The notes beneath the pieces are model-generated. The model did no database searches and had not been told where the DNA came from. It worked only from the letters and a program-made list of their open reading frames with translations. DNA of 63,937 nt, filler included, from Choristocarpus tenellus KU-1152 (Eukaryota > Protista > Phaeophyceae), in the NCBI GenBank assembly GCA_964200185.2. It is 14 parts of 14 records of this genome, joined end to end, with 100 filler letters (N's around TTAATTAATTAA, not from the genome) between each part and the next. Parts side by side here need not be neighbours in the genome. Positions count along the whole stretch, not along the records: positions 7,809 to 13,512 come from CAXNAD020009962.1; positions 13,613 to 16,775 come from CAXNAD020021854.1; positions 16,876 to 19,418 come from CAXNAD020026902.1; positions 19,519 to 25,444 come from CAXNAD020009392.1; positions 25,545 to 36,518 come from CAXNAD020002592.1; 9 more parts are not named here. One strand, written 5' to 3'. This document shows positions 12,766-25,696 of the stretch, in pieces. Within the stretch, counting starts at the first letter, position 1. Every line of letters begins with the position of its first letter. The position numbers and the translations under genes were made by a program.

Positions 12766-13196
12766 GACCCAAAGTATTTGAAGGGTAGGAGTTTTACCCT
12801 ATTTATCCGTTCGAGGCTTGATTTCCCACGCTTTTTTTATGCCCTTTTTCGGTTTTCTGTGTGAACATTTCGGATTTCGGAGTAGGTAAAATGTAGGACT
12901 ATGAATGACCCGAAGTATCTGGGGGGGTGGGGGAGGTCTACACGAGGGAGTCCATTTGGACCCAAAATCGGGAAAGGTGCATTTGCATTATCCATCCGAC
13001 GTATGGCAACCAAATCACCCCAAAATCGCAATATGAAAAAATTGACCCCAAATGGACGACCGCCACCCCCTCCCAGATACTTTGAGCCAATGGTGTGTCC
13101 TGAGCAAGGATATTGACACTTTGCTAACAAACACGATAGCCAAAATTAATCAAAAGCGCAACATTGGATTTATGACTCCGAACGGACGTGGTCCTA
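12766..13196 (+). mobile_element. Diverged MITE family A copy containing a nested family B copy
   Basis: A-like sequence 12766-12906 resumes at 13089 (AATGGTGTGTCC..GATATTGACAC); right TIR is cut at a TA. Confidence 0.85.
12907..13088 (+). mobile_element. MITE family B, full copy (182 bp)
   Basis: GACCCGAAGTATCTGGGG ... CCCAGATACTTTGAGCC; flanks AAT|AAT (3-bp TSD). Confidence 0.92.
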
Positions 13197-15824
13197 CTGT
13201 TACACCTGAATACGACGAGTATTTCTCCCCGCGTTCTAACAAGCGCGAGCAGTATTCACACGTGGGGAACCTTATAAAGAGGAACTCTGATTTGCTAAAG
13301 TCGCAGAGTAAGATCTATAACTCGGGAATGTATGCAACGGTTTTCAGATGTATTTCAACGTCTGTAAAAAAAAGAAAAGATAAATGCCCTATTTGTGAAT
13401 CGTGTGATTCTGTGGTGGCGTGGTTCACTCAGGCGAGGGTGGTGAAGAGAATCACCAGGCAAGACGGACCAGACGAACAAAGACGAACCGTAACCAAGGG
13501 TACGTGTTACAGNNNNNNNNNNNNNNNNNNNNNNNNNNNNNNNNNNNNNNNNNNNNTTAATTAATTAANNNNNNNNNNNNNNNNNNNNNNNNNNNNNNNN
13601 NNNNNNNNNNNNAGATGAACAAACAGATCGAACATCTAATGGTGAATCATCTGCTTTGGGATGGGGGAGACCCTCAGAACAAGGGTCTGCATCAAGCCCC
13701 CCCCCCCCGAGTAAAGAGTTGTATAGCAGAGTGCGATGGGATAGAAACACGAGCACAGGGTCAGGTCCTCCTGTTAGTGAAATGCAACATTTTTTTCTGT
13801 AAGACTTCAATAAATTTTTCAGCAGGCTTTTTGCACAAAAGGGACCACACACCGCACTATCTCCTGCTTGTCATCAAATAGGCCATCGGGCAAATATCAT
13901 ACAGGTGGTTCGTGCTCAGCGACCCATGTACAGAAATAAAAACTGTAACGTGAAAGGGTCTGGGCAAGTAGATGATCGGCGCATACGAGGTATCCATTGA
14001 CCAAGCCTCGCTCCGCTTCTCACATAGACGCAGAATAACAGAGCTACAGTAGGGCTGCAAGTTCATGAGCCATCTATCTGGCACGTTACTTAGCACGATG
14101 CTAATAACGTCCAAAAGAAATGATCAAGTCACTACTTCTGCACAGCATGGCGTGCACTTGCACAAATCTTGTCCTCTTGACTCTCGTGGGGGGGACCCAC
14201 GCTAAATTTCTCAGATGAGTGGGAAGGAGCGAATTAGAAGGAAGAAATGTAGACAAGCCGGTAGATACACTCTTCTCACAATGAATAGTGCTTGCCATTA
14301 AAATTAAACCTGTCGGCATGCACTTCAGGCAGGTGCTACACCCACAAACCTTTTTTCTATTTTCAACAGAGGAGTACATCCCCAGCAGGCAACAGCGACT
14401 GCCCCTGAACTTTAGCGTGTGCTTTGAAGCACTAAAAAAGCAACTAAACCATAACATTTCTGCTCCGAAAGAAGTAGGCCTTGACCACAGATACTGCGGT
14501 TTGCAATGTACACAACGTACTCCAGAAAAATAAACATGATTTCGACCTGTTTCTTTCCGAGAAAGGAAACGCATGAAAGAATGTGACTAAGGCAAATAGG
14601 GCGTGCCTGGAAGGCAAGACCGCAGAGGGCACAGGGTCCGGGTAAAAACCAGGAACATGTTTGCACTTACACAACATCAACGCAGCATGTGGTGTTTTGA
14701 CACCTGGCAACAGTTGAGTTGGTTAAGCATACTGTTGGGGCTAGGGTAAAGCACACGCAATGAAACAGCACAACCGAAGCGAACGGAGATCACAAGAGGT
14801 TGCATCTGGCCAAATCCCGTATCATTATAAGGAACCCCTGAGCTTACAAAAAGGGAGATGCAGGGTTTGAATCTCTCTGCATTAGTAAGAAGCTGTGCTC
14901 TTTGCAAGACTTAACTCATTGGAAGGAGGGCAGCAACATGAGAACAAGAGGATCGCTGCTTTGACAGTGTGGGTAGAACTGGACCGGGTGGGGTGGCCAT
15001 GCAGAGTATCTCAACCTGACCTTGTGCAGGCATGCTTAGGGAGATTGGTCTCGATCAGGTGGTCTTGGAAACTGTGGGAGATACGAGGCCCTACACCTCA
15101 CTAATGTTGACTCTGGAACATGTTCACTGACCCACCCAAACAGTGCCGTGTAGTGTAGGTTGGTAGATTCGCTACTAAGTAGGATGGGTAAAGCCAATCA
15201 CGAGCCATGAGAGTCTATGTGCCTGATTTTTTCTACACAACATGATTTCAGAGAGACTATGAACAGGACAAAACACCTTTCCTCACCACAACCCCACCCC
15301 AAGGATGATGGTGACCTCTTCTCGACACCAGACGGTCTAGTGTACTTCAGCATACCTTGGAGTATTTATTTGTGTCATAGGTCATTCTCAGAATTAAGGT
15401 GGGGGGTAAACAGTATGGGAGATCAAAAGAGGAAACGCACCCTGTTTGACTCACTACAATATATATATATATATATATGTATGATCATTTATCGGTGCTG
15501 AATGTTTGTATCTCTGTAAAACGTCCCCCACCACCCTGATCTGATGAGGAGACCTCGCCAGAAGGTGTGTATAAACTGAAAAAACGTGTAAGAACGTGGA
15601 GAGTAGAGGAGGGCAACATCTGTCTCCTTCCCATGTGCTACCTCTTCTTATCCCCGGTAAATCCGCACCAAAAAATATGTAAGACCCTTACATGAAAAAA
15701 AAACAAATAAACATCTCGCTCAGAAGTACTGTGTGGTACACGTTGGCCTTCTCAATTCAATCTATATTTGATCTGCTTCCAGTCAAAACAACACCCTCAT
15801 TATGTTGTTTTAAAAAAGACTTAC

Positions 15825-16705
15825 ATGCAAATGATGACTCCCAGGAAGAGTCACATGCTGCAATTTATCCCCCATCACGGCCTTCCTCTCCTCAACAAGC
15901 GCTGCTTCCCTCCCCTTGAGCATGCCTGCATCCCCGCTAATTAGTAGGCAGGGGCATGTTATTTCCTTTAGGAAAGCACGTACCGCCTCCTCTGTCATGT
16001 AGCCCGGGGAAAAAGCTCGAAGTCTGCAGGAAAGCGAGAAAGTAGCCCATAAGAGCAAGTGCAGGGGGGGGTGATAACATTCGCCAAAGGCACGATTGAT
16101 CTCAGGGCTGTTATTGTTGTCAACTAATATTGATGCCCTTTCACAATCTGGCAATATATTATTCGATGAATAAGTCAACAGTACATTGTACATCTCAGTC
16201 ACCCTAAGGGAAGGTATGAAGTATGCACTAGGGACACATTTTCCACCTCACTCTCAACCCCTAATTCTTCCTGCTCCAATGTGACAGCAGCAGCACGCTT
16301 GAACTTATGGACCCTCATGCTCAACCATTACCATACTAGAATATGTTTCCGTACTGGTATGGTCGCTCACCCGGGACTAACGTTTTCCACCTGAACGGAA
16401 AGGTACCACGACATGTACTTCCTGCAGCATTGAAGTAGTAGAGCGTGTGGCACCTACTCAATCACAAAATATGACTGATGATACCATTGCACCCAAGATT
16501 CAACAGTTATTATCCTACCTGATACCATAACCAGGAGTTGCAAAGAAAAAGGGGAGGGAAGAGTTGAGAGGCAATGTTATTCGAGACAGAACCTGACACA
16601 CACCTGACATCATTCAAAAACTTGACCCCACCATCCTCCCCAGATGGAGCAGTGCCTCCAGCAACAAGACATATTGCTCCATCCCTGCTCAGTGACTGAT
16701 CTTCT
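15825..16705 (-). CDS. Alpha/beta hydrolase (serine hydrolase-like), partial; exons about 16705-16604 and 16023-15825
   Basis: GT-AG splice in phase 2 gives GGVKFLNDVR|LRAFSPGYMTEEAVRAFLKEITCPCLLISGDAG...HVTLPGSHHLH, the C-terminal region with the catalytic His. 5' boundary obscured by poly-C; last exon not found. Confidence 0.82.
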
Positions 16706-16875
16706 GACCCCCCCCCCCCCCCACCCCCCCCCCCAAGTTCCGCCACCAACACAAGCACAGTTGTCCCACAAAGACNNNNNNNNNNNNNNNNNNNNNNNNN
16801 NNNNNNNNNNNNNNNNNNNTTAATTAATTAANNNNNNNNNNNNNNNNNNNNNNNNNNNNNNNNNNNNNNNNNNNN

Positions 16876-16911
16876 GTGTAGATCCCCCCCCCCCTCCAGA
16901 TACTTTGGGTC
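16876..16911 (-). mobile_element. MITE family B end at contig start
   Basis: GTGTAGA-polyC-AGATACTTTGGGTC. Confidence 0.85.
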
Positions 16912-17710
16912 TTAATGCAATCCCGTGTTTGGTGAAAAGCTGCATTAAAAGCTGACCTGATGCTTGATGAGTGCAATCATGCTTTCCACATAATGTTGTG
17001 AAGTGGTGATTAGAATTCAATTGACTAGATAATTCTCAAATAACTCAATTCTGCTGTTGTTGGTGCACAAAAGGAGGTATGCTGAGTAGTGCATAGTATT
17101 GCGAGGCAAACGCCCCCCAGCTAAAGAGGGGCCCTATCAGAGGTGCATAATTTTGACTTGCACACTTTTCTGTGCTCTTTCTCAATCGCCAGAGGATTAT
17201 TGCTCATATTGTGTTCAAACAAAACTGAAGAGCATGTGGCAGAGGAATTGACCTCGAAGAGCAAATATGGATTTACCACGATTATAATACATGAACTCTC
17301 TTATACATGGAGTTATTGGGATGTCGCTAAATAAATGAGGGGAGGTAGACCTTAAATAATTAACACAACAGAAAACGGAGTACAAGCACAATCGAAAGGG
17401 TTATTAGTGCTTACAACTTCACCGTATCAAGAACTAGTAATAATGATCAATAAATGCAATGTTAAATAGTTGTCAACAGGTCCACAAACGAGAACAAAAA
17501 AAGACCAATAGCCGAACTATTCGTCTATTTTCTTGTTGTTTCTTTAAAGTACTCTGTAAATGAACTAAGTCTATTAACTGTCATGGTTAGCAACAACATT
17601 TTTTATATTACAGCAAGAGACCTGAGCCTTAGGTTTGGTCTTTCAAGCCTCTGAAATACCACTACTGTTACACTATTATTGATATGACACCATTGATAAA
17701 GAGAGTAGTA

Positions 17711-18188
17711 CTGTTACAGGCTAGTAGTAGCGCGAGTATTTCTTCCCGCGCTTTAACCGGCGCGAGCAGTGCATACGCGTGGGGAACCCCAAAAGGGGGA
17801 ACTCCGATTTGCTGAAAAGTTGCAAAATAAAATTTGTAACTTGGGAAGGCCGCAAGGGTTCTCAGATATATTCTTGCGTCAGTAAACCAAAGAAGCCCCA
17901 ACGGTAAATGATGATAAGATATCCTAAAAGCGACTCCAAATGACTCAGTTCGGGTTCAGACACCCAGATAAGTCACTCTTAACTGATACCGATACACATT
18001 CATATGCTGATTGATTGATTAAGAGTATCCCTGATCTGCTGAGCTGACGTTTGTTAACCTGCGGATTGGACCCCTTTGACTGTCGGAGTATCCTGGGAGC
18101 CTCGTACGAGCATCGGCATCATCTATAGGCCTGTGGATTGGAGCCACACATCCTGTGGAGGTAAGCTTCTGGAGCGTGCCTGTAACAG
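17711..18188. mobile_element. TA-flanked non-autonomous DNA transposon (478 bp)
   Basis: TA|CTGTTACAGGC ... GCCTGTAACAG|TA; the inverted match extends over 15 bp including flanks. TA|CTGTTACA also occurs at 13195, 17663 and 24997. Confidence 0.65.
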
Positions 18189-19218
18189 TACTCCACATTT
18201 GACACTGGTGGTTCCCAAGACAGAAGAGCCACTGTCATTTTCTTTTCACTTTTTGTACACATTTTCGAAAACTTAACCCTATCCCCAACCTCAACCCTAA
18301 CCCTAACTTGATTGTGTATGAAGATGTCACTAACCCACCAGGGAAACATTGTAGGAGTAATGCAGCAATGCAGAGTGCTGTGAGGAACCACCTCTCGAGG
18401 ATCCACCACTTTTTACCTTTTCACTAACATTTTCGAAACCCCAAGCCCTAACCTTCATTTGAAGAAGTGACAAGTATGACAGCAGTGGTTCCCAAGACTG
18501 GGGGCTTCCCCTTTGCGCTCCAACGTCAAACATTCTTCACCAAGAAGTGCAAAAGTGCGATAAATCACACATCCTGCACAACTTTCTTCTCGACTACTTG
18601 CCTCCTTTCGAAATGTGTTCTACCTAAGTGGATGGCGATATTGCATTATTTATGGTCGGAGTGGGTGGGTTGAAAGTATGATACATCAAGAGGATGCCAC
18701 TCCCAAGAAGGCTGCACTGTTGATTGAAGACTGAAATAGCAACTTGCCTCTGATCCCAGACGGTTACTTAGTCACCTATTGCACCAAAGGTTACGAAGGT
18801 CAAACCTTCACCTTATGGAGACACTTAAGAGATTGTTGGGCAGGGGCTGATGTTGATGATGTTATCAGCAAGGAGGTGGAGAAGTGTGTATAGGTTCCAC
18901 TCAATCCCTCCATGACCAAGAAACATAAGCACAGTTCTGAACTAACCGTGAATCCTCCTCGAATCGGGAGCAAGGGTAGCAATGGTCACGTTGTCCTAGG
19001 TCTACAGAACCTATTAGGTGCCCCCTCGCCATCGAAAAGGAAGGATGGGAGTAACGTTGGTGCCTCAGCAACCCATGGATGCGGGTCCCACCTCCATGGA
19101 CGGTGGCAGTGGTCTTCATACTGTCTGCGATGAAGTAGGGTGTACAACAGGTTCAAGTTCTCCTCTGAACATTTCCTCTGTGGAATGTAAGGATGGGGGA
19201 AATAAGAACGGTGGTCAA

Positions 19219-19399
19219 GGCTCAAAGTATCTGGGAGGGGGTGGCGGCTGTCCATTTGGGGTCAATTTTTCATATATCGCGATTTTTTGGTGATTTGATC
19301 GCCATACGTCGGATGGATAATGCAAATGCACTTTTCCCGATTCTGGTCCAAATGGACACCCTTGTGTAGACACCCCCCCCCCCCCAGATACTTTGGGTC
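19219..19399 (-). mobile_element. MITE family B, full copy (181 bp)
   Basis: GGCTCAAAGTATCTGGG ... CCCAGATACTTTGGGTC; flanks TCAA|TCAA (4-bp TSD). Confidence 0.93.
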
Positions 19400-22300
19400 T
19401 CAAGGATGGAGAAATCACNNNNNNNNNNNNNNNNNNNNNNNNNNNNNNNNNNNNNNNNNNNNTTAATTAATTAANNNNNNNNNNNNNNNNNNNNNNNNNN
19501 NNNNNNNNNNNNNNNNNNCCGCACCATTTTCGGTCAAAACCATCCTCAATAGTAGGCTCCATCCTCAATTTTTAAAATCCACTGTTAGATGTTCATTGAT
19601 TGGTCAAATATTTGTCTGAACGTAACTTGAATCAAGAATCATACACGTCTCTTCAGTTCCAGTCCCACCCTCCTTCCCCATTCGAGCATGGAATCCCTTT
19701 TTAAGTCACCTTAGGAATAGAGTGGGAGAGGTACACTAGGACAACATGGTCGGCCTTAAAATGCCAAGAAAAGGGCGCACATACGCACGATATGGGGCTA
19801 GAGTGGTCTTATTTTAACAAGGTCGTTAGTAGTAACAAATCTCAGTATTATGTATGAGAAAGTTTCATTTTTGTTCCCTCTCCTAGAACAGAACGTTCAA
19901 GAAGACTCAATCTGGGATGAGGAACTTTGAAGATCCTCTGTTTGTGATGGTTGAAGTATTTGTAAGACCTTTATCTATTGATTTGTTCAAATAAAATGTG
20001 AATTGGAACAACACACCACCCAGAAGCTGGACCACTCCCTACAGAGCGACGTTGTAGTCTTAATTGTCCTAGTTTTTAACCCTTCAAGACAAGATGAGGA
20101 AGAAGTTGCTCGTTGTTATCACCTCGCTGTGGCAAATCAAAGACACATCCTTAGCCAAACGTCAGTCAGAGATCGAATTGCCACAGCCTACTCATTCTGG
20201 AAGGCAAGGTAGGGCATGGCCAGAAGATGATACGGACATTGACAAGGACAGTGGTATAAGACAAGAGAATGATGATCACGCTGAAAGTACTGAAGAAGGA
20301 GGGGACGGACAAGAGGGTGATGTGGGAGATGACCTTTGGATGGAGGAGAGGGGGGAAGGATACGCTGAGGTGTGCTTTGGACCGCACGTGAAGGATACCT
20401 GTGGAGTATTTCCCGATGACGAGTACGATGCTTGGCCCAGATCGACGTTCACGTAGCACTGTCCGCAAATATTTGAGTGGACCTGTTGATATCTTGTAGC
20501 ATTTTCTACAAGCGTGTGTGCCCTCTTGACTGTTTGCTGACATTAAACAAAGTGTCCATGACTTTGTAGTACGGCGCTGAGATGCATCCAGATTTTGTGA
20601 GTGTGTTGCCTAAGTTCGCACTTCTGGAAGATTATGTGGGAATTTGACCTTGTTCGCCCTGGGATTGCTGAGAATCCGAACATACGGTCGCGTAGTGTGT
20701 AATTGGAAGTGAGACACAAGGCACACTCCTCCTGAACTGACGCTGCAGGCGCCAATGCCAACACTCCAACCAAATGCAATCACAGAACCTGCCAGAGAGT
20801 GGACGAAAATCATTGACAGCGGCGGGGGCTGGGGTGGATGATTACGAATGCAGTTATGACAGTGAGAACGAGGAATATCAAGACTCAGATTTCGAGGAGG
20901 GTGAGCAGCACGGATGGCAGGTGTGTCTTGCACAAGTGCATTGTGCTATCCCCTGCGTTTGAGGGTAGACTTTTTATTCGGCGGTATCGGGATGCCATTT
21001 TAAAGGGCTGATGGAGAGAGGAGTCAAAATGGGCTTTCTTAGACACCAACTTGTGCTGGGATGTTTCTGCTCCGTTCCCAGGCGGACGTGTTCCACACGC
21101 GCTCGAGTTTACCCCAGGTCATGGTCTCAATATATACTCTGGACTACATGTGCGGTAATGTGATTGATGCTATTCCCAAAATATTTCAAAACCTTAACCT
21201 AAAAAATCCCTCTGCAGGATCAGGACGTGGAAAGGCATTTGCCTGACATTTATGCTACCAGTTCTAGTGATTACTCTCCTGGCAGAGGGACTAAAATGGC
21301 AGGGGGAGTTATAAATAGTGTCAGTTCCGTTACTGGCAAGTCAGTCCGAGCCATGGTGGGTACCCTTCAGCCGAAGTCCGTCACGATTGAAGAGATCGCA
21401 ACAACCTGGAAATTTGAGCAGGTGAATGCCTGTTTTTACCCTCATCCTCTGTCATTTTCCCTTTCCACTGAGATATTTGTTTGTCCAGTTCTCATCAGCA
21501 GATTTTACATTTCCAGCATTCCCCATAAAAACTCTGGTAGAGAGCAATGAGTAGAGGGTTGTTGGTGCTGATATGGAGGCCCAAAAGAGTAATTACCCCA
21601 GTAGGTTGTAATACTCTGCAAGCCAAGTTCCCCCTCTGGGACCACACAACGTATGGTCCATGCAACACAATTTCCGACTGTATGCTGGAGAGTATGTGGC
21701 AAAGTATGAGAGATTGCAAGAGATGAGGCATGACCAAGTTGATGACCTTGATGAGAGGATTCCAAATCTGGTTTAGCTTGACTATGAGAAAGACGATTTT
21801 TTTTCGTCCATAGTTAATCCTCCCGATCTCGTCTCTAATCCTCCCGAAATTTAATCATATTTGGTGAAATGATGTTGTGTTGACCCAAGATGATGCCTCT
21901 CCAATCGGAAATGACTCAAGCTTTACAAATACCATCCAATGTCTATAAAACTGCCGATCTTCAGGAATAGATCGATATGTGGAGGCTAGTTTATTGATGA
22001 TGCTGTACTGTATGAACCATTTATCGCTCACACTGTAAGTTCCAAATCTCCAAGTGTTGCAACTGCCATTATTGCAGCTAATGGTCCAGACCAACTGCAT
22101 TCGTAAAAGAGTCTCTTTATTGAGAACTAGACTTTTCCCTAGAAATTGAGAAAAAGGGTGGAATTTTAATGCTTCAAGGTAGAGCTCTGTAGTTCAGGTT
22201 CTTGTATACATGATGACTCTACCAAAATGACCTTCTAATGTCCCTCATATGAACAGTTTTCAATTTTCGCTAGTTTCTCAATCAATTTTTCGGAATTTCC

Positions 22301-22788
22301 ATTCCCTGACAGAAAAAATGGCATCCTTATCTTGACAAGCTTGATCTGAGCCAGGCTCCAAACGGTTTTGTAAGTAGATCAAAAGGCTATCAAGGGTCAG
22401 CTCCCTAGGCTGGCATTACTTTTTTGGAGTCTGGAAGTGGAAATTGGAACCACCATTTTGTCAGACTGACAGGAGCGTTTCAAGAATAGATGCATCAAAT
22501 GCTAAGTGCCACTTGTGGTAGGGTAGAGTGCACACAGGTTTGGGCTGACACATTTTAGTTGGTGGAACGGCAGCAGTACTTCTGTGGGCTGTCAGCTATG
22601 TATCATTCCTGCAATGCCTGCTCTGAGACATACGTTGGCCTAGCACTTTGTATTTTACTTAAGAAAGCACGTGATGGAGTTGCTTTACAAGCAATACCTT
22701 TTCTACCCAGCATATTACTTCACACAGGTTTGATTGAGAAGTGGATGTCATGAGTAAGCTGATGCTTTTTACCTTCCTACTCTCCAAG

Positions 22789-23508
22789 GTGATTGGAAAA
22801 CCCCCTGGTGAGGTGCAGAAGTGTGCGGCCACAGTGGAGCTGCGGAGGGATGGCACCGTTGTCACCACTTTCAGGGGGCGAGAGTTTGTGTCAGAGTACA
22901 CTTTCCGTGCACACGCCTGGCCAAGGGCATGCTCAATTGAGGTGTGCATTGTCCTTTGTGTGTGTGTGTGTGTGTGTGTGTATGAGACTAGATTACTGTT
23001 GCTGAGGAGTGTTAGTCAAGGCGTTTCTTTTCCTGTGGTATCATTCCATCACCATGCAAAGTTTTTCTTAGTGTTGACATCATGCCTGAATCCTCCCCCC
23101 TGACAGTTTGAGGCTGTGGCCTTCCAGGGCCCGTGGGATGAAGAACCAGTCCTCAAGTTCTACCGAGTGAGTTGCACACCAATTCTTGGATAATACTCAA
23201 GAGCGCTGTGTGTAGTGTCCCCTATGCTTGTGTGGTTATCACTTAGCAGCAACTTGAATTGCTTACACTTCCCTCTCGCACAAAAACCACAAAACTCTTC
23301 TCATTCACAGGGTGTGTTTTCTCGGAAGCTCATGGACCCCAAGATCATAACATTAAAGGGCCACATTTTTGATGTAACAGGAAAGATGATGTGGAAACAC
23401 CGAGTCAGGTCGGGAAAGTTTGTTGGTAAGCAGCGCCGCCCCATGGTTGCACAGAGAGGGAAGTCCAAGAAAAGTAAGTCAATCAGTGAGGCAAAGAGGA
23501 AGACCTGA
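22789..23508 (+). CDS. Hypothetical protein, last three exons (22789-22941, 23107-23166, 23311-23508)
   Basis: Clean phase-0 GT-AG splicing gives an open frame VIGKPPGEVQ...YTFRAHAWPRACSIE|FEAVAFQGPWDEEPVLKFYR|GVFSRKLMDPKIITLKGHIF...KRKT*. Recalled as resembling uncharacterised diatom proteins; not verified. Confidence 0.78.
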
Positions 23509-25552
23509 CTGCAAGGGAGAGAAGGGAGTTATTGCACATGAGAGTGAGGGTGTATTATAGTAGAGCATCATGGAGGATGCTATCGTACACTAGGTTTGTA
23601 CTGACCTGCAGCTTTAAGACTTTCCTTGCTCATTGAACTGTTGACCCACTAAAAATAAGATAATTTCCAGTGTACAGGGAAAGACCACATGCAAGTAAGA
23701 GATCAATAAACCAAGGATACTTTCCGACACATCCATAGTGTAATCCTCATGCTATCATTTATGATGCGGAAGGGACGGAAGTGGTTGCTCTGTTCCCACT
23801 AAGATTTGATGGCGTGTTTCATCTACACACTGCAGAATGCATTGTTTCATAGTAGATAAATCCTTAATTGTGCTATTATTAGTATATCTTCACTTTAGCC
23901 TGGGGACTATCCCCTGCACTACCTCATGTAAACTACAAACTAAACCCTCTTTGCTTTACGACAAATTGTAATTCCTTGTGTATGCCTTGCCTCTTACACA
24001 TTAGGTTCATCCCACCCGCTCCTCATTGTTCTGCTTCCTCCCTCTAATCTCCCTAAATAGTGACAGCCTACCCACCTTGTTCTTCAAATCGACGAACTAT
24101 TACAGGCTGGTTTTGTTGCATGTTCAAAATAACGATCATTGAGTACTTATAAAATAAAGAAAAAAGTTGGGTATCTCGTGTTTTTGATCAGTGTACAGTC
24201 ATCCCCTGTTTGTGCAACATCCATTGTTCTCAACATTCAAACACAAACAGCCATTTTACGACCAATTTTTTTTTCCAGAAATCGAGGCAGTACCATACAA
24301 ACTGCAACATAATTGCAGGTAAATCGTGTCTCCCCTACCCAAATTATTACTTAACGCCTTACCATATCATATGCTCATGTACAGTACTAATACTTCACAT
24401 ACCACCTCAGTTCCTCTCACAACGATAAGGAAATAAAAAATCTATTGGCATAAAAGGAACCTACAGAAATAGGCCAAAAAGTATACAGCGTCCTGATCCT
24501 ATGCCTGCCATACAATACAATCCTCCCATGATACTTTCGGCCTCTTCTGTGGAGAGTATGATGTACACGAGAGGTGTAACCCTTTGAGCTGTTGACACAT
24601 ATAATGCAATCCATGTGCTTTCTTCTCATGATATATGCAGCAGACCTTCGCTACAATCAGAGCAAAGACATCCCTAGTATCCTGCTCGAATTCTTACTTT
24701 GTGCAATCCCGTTTGGGAGGTATATTCTTCCATGCACACCCAACCTAACCTCACAAACAAAAAACAAAAATACGTACTGCTTGTCTGTATTTATCCTTCC
24801 ACACAGGGCTCTCCTCAACTTGAACAAAACTTAAATCACAATATAATTTCAAGAGACAAGTACTGGTATATGGTCAACCACTACCAGGGCCACAACAGAC
24901 ATAAAATCGAATAGTCCAGAACCATGAGTCAACTTTGGCAGCAGAATTTTTGAGTCCCACCCCAAACTACAGTGACCTTATGTTCCTCACTAAAAATACT
25001 GTTACAGGCTCCTTCTACTATCAACACCAAATCTGTCCTAATCTGTCCTACCCTTGACTTTGCCCACCTTTGACCTCTTTCACTTGGTAAAGACACTCTG
25101 TTACCTTATCTACTAACACCCTCCGACATAAGGCTCATGCGATCGAGGTTACTGAATGAGTTGTCCTGGACGTGGTTTGCAACTTGTAGAGGTCTGCCCT
25201 CCCCACACCTTCCCGCACCTCCAATGTCACCCCCATTACCATTGCCATCCTTGCCCCTCATATTACCACCACCCACACCAGGCCCCCCAACACCCGTTTG
25301 CATCACAGACATGCCTGCAAAGTAAACACTGCCCCCATTTTCCCCATGATTCATTTCAATGTCAAAAACATCGTTTAGGACTGTATCCTAATGTACAAGT
25401 CAGAAGCATAGCAAAATTGGAGTTTGGGGGGGGGGGGAGGGAGGNNNNNNNNNNNNNNNNNNNNNNNNNNNNNNNNNNNNNNNNNNNNTTAATTAATTAA
25501 NNNNNNNNNNNNNNNNNNNNNNNNNNNNNNNNNNNNNNNNNNNNGGGGGGGT

Positions 25553-25593
<41 letters not shown>

Positions 25594-25696
25594 GCCTTAA
25601 CCTGTGGAGGGAGGTGGGTGGGGTGTAAGGTTTGGCCTGGAGTGTAGTGTGATGAAAAATGGTGGATTTGGACTGCAGTGGCGTTATTCAAACAGG

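Noticed and set aside
13198-13511. Solo LTR (TGTTAC...GTTACA)
   Set aside because: No TSD can be shown, and the start fits the TA|CTGTTACA terminus family better.
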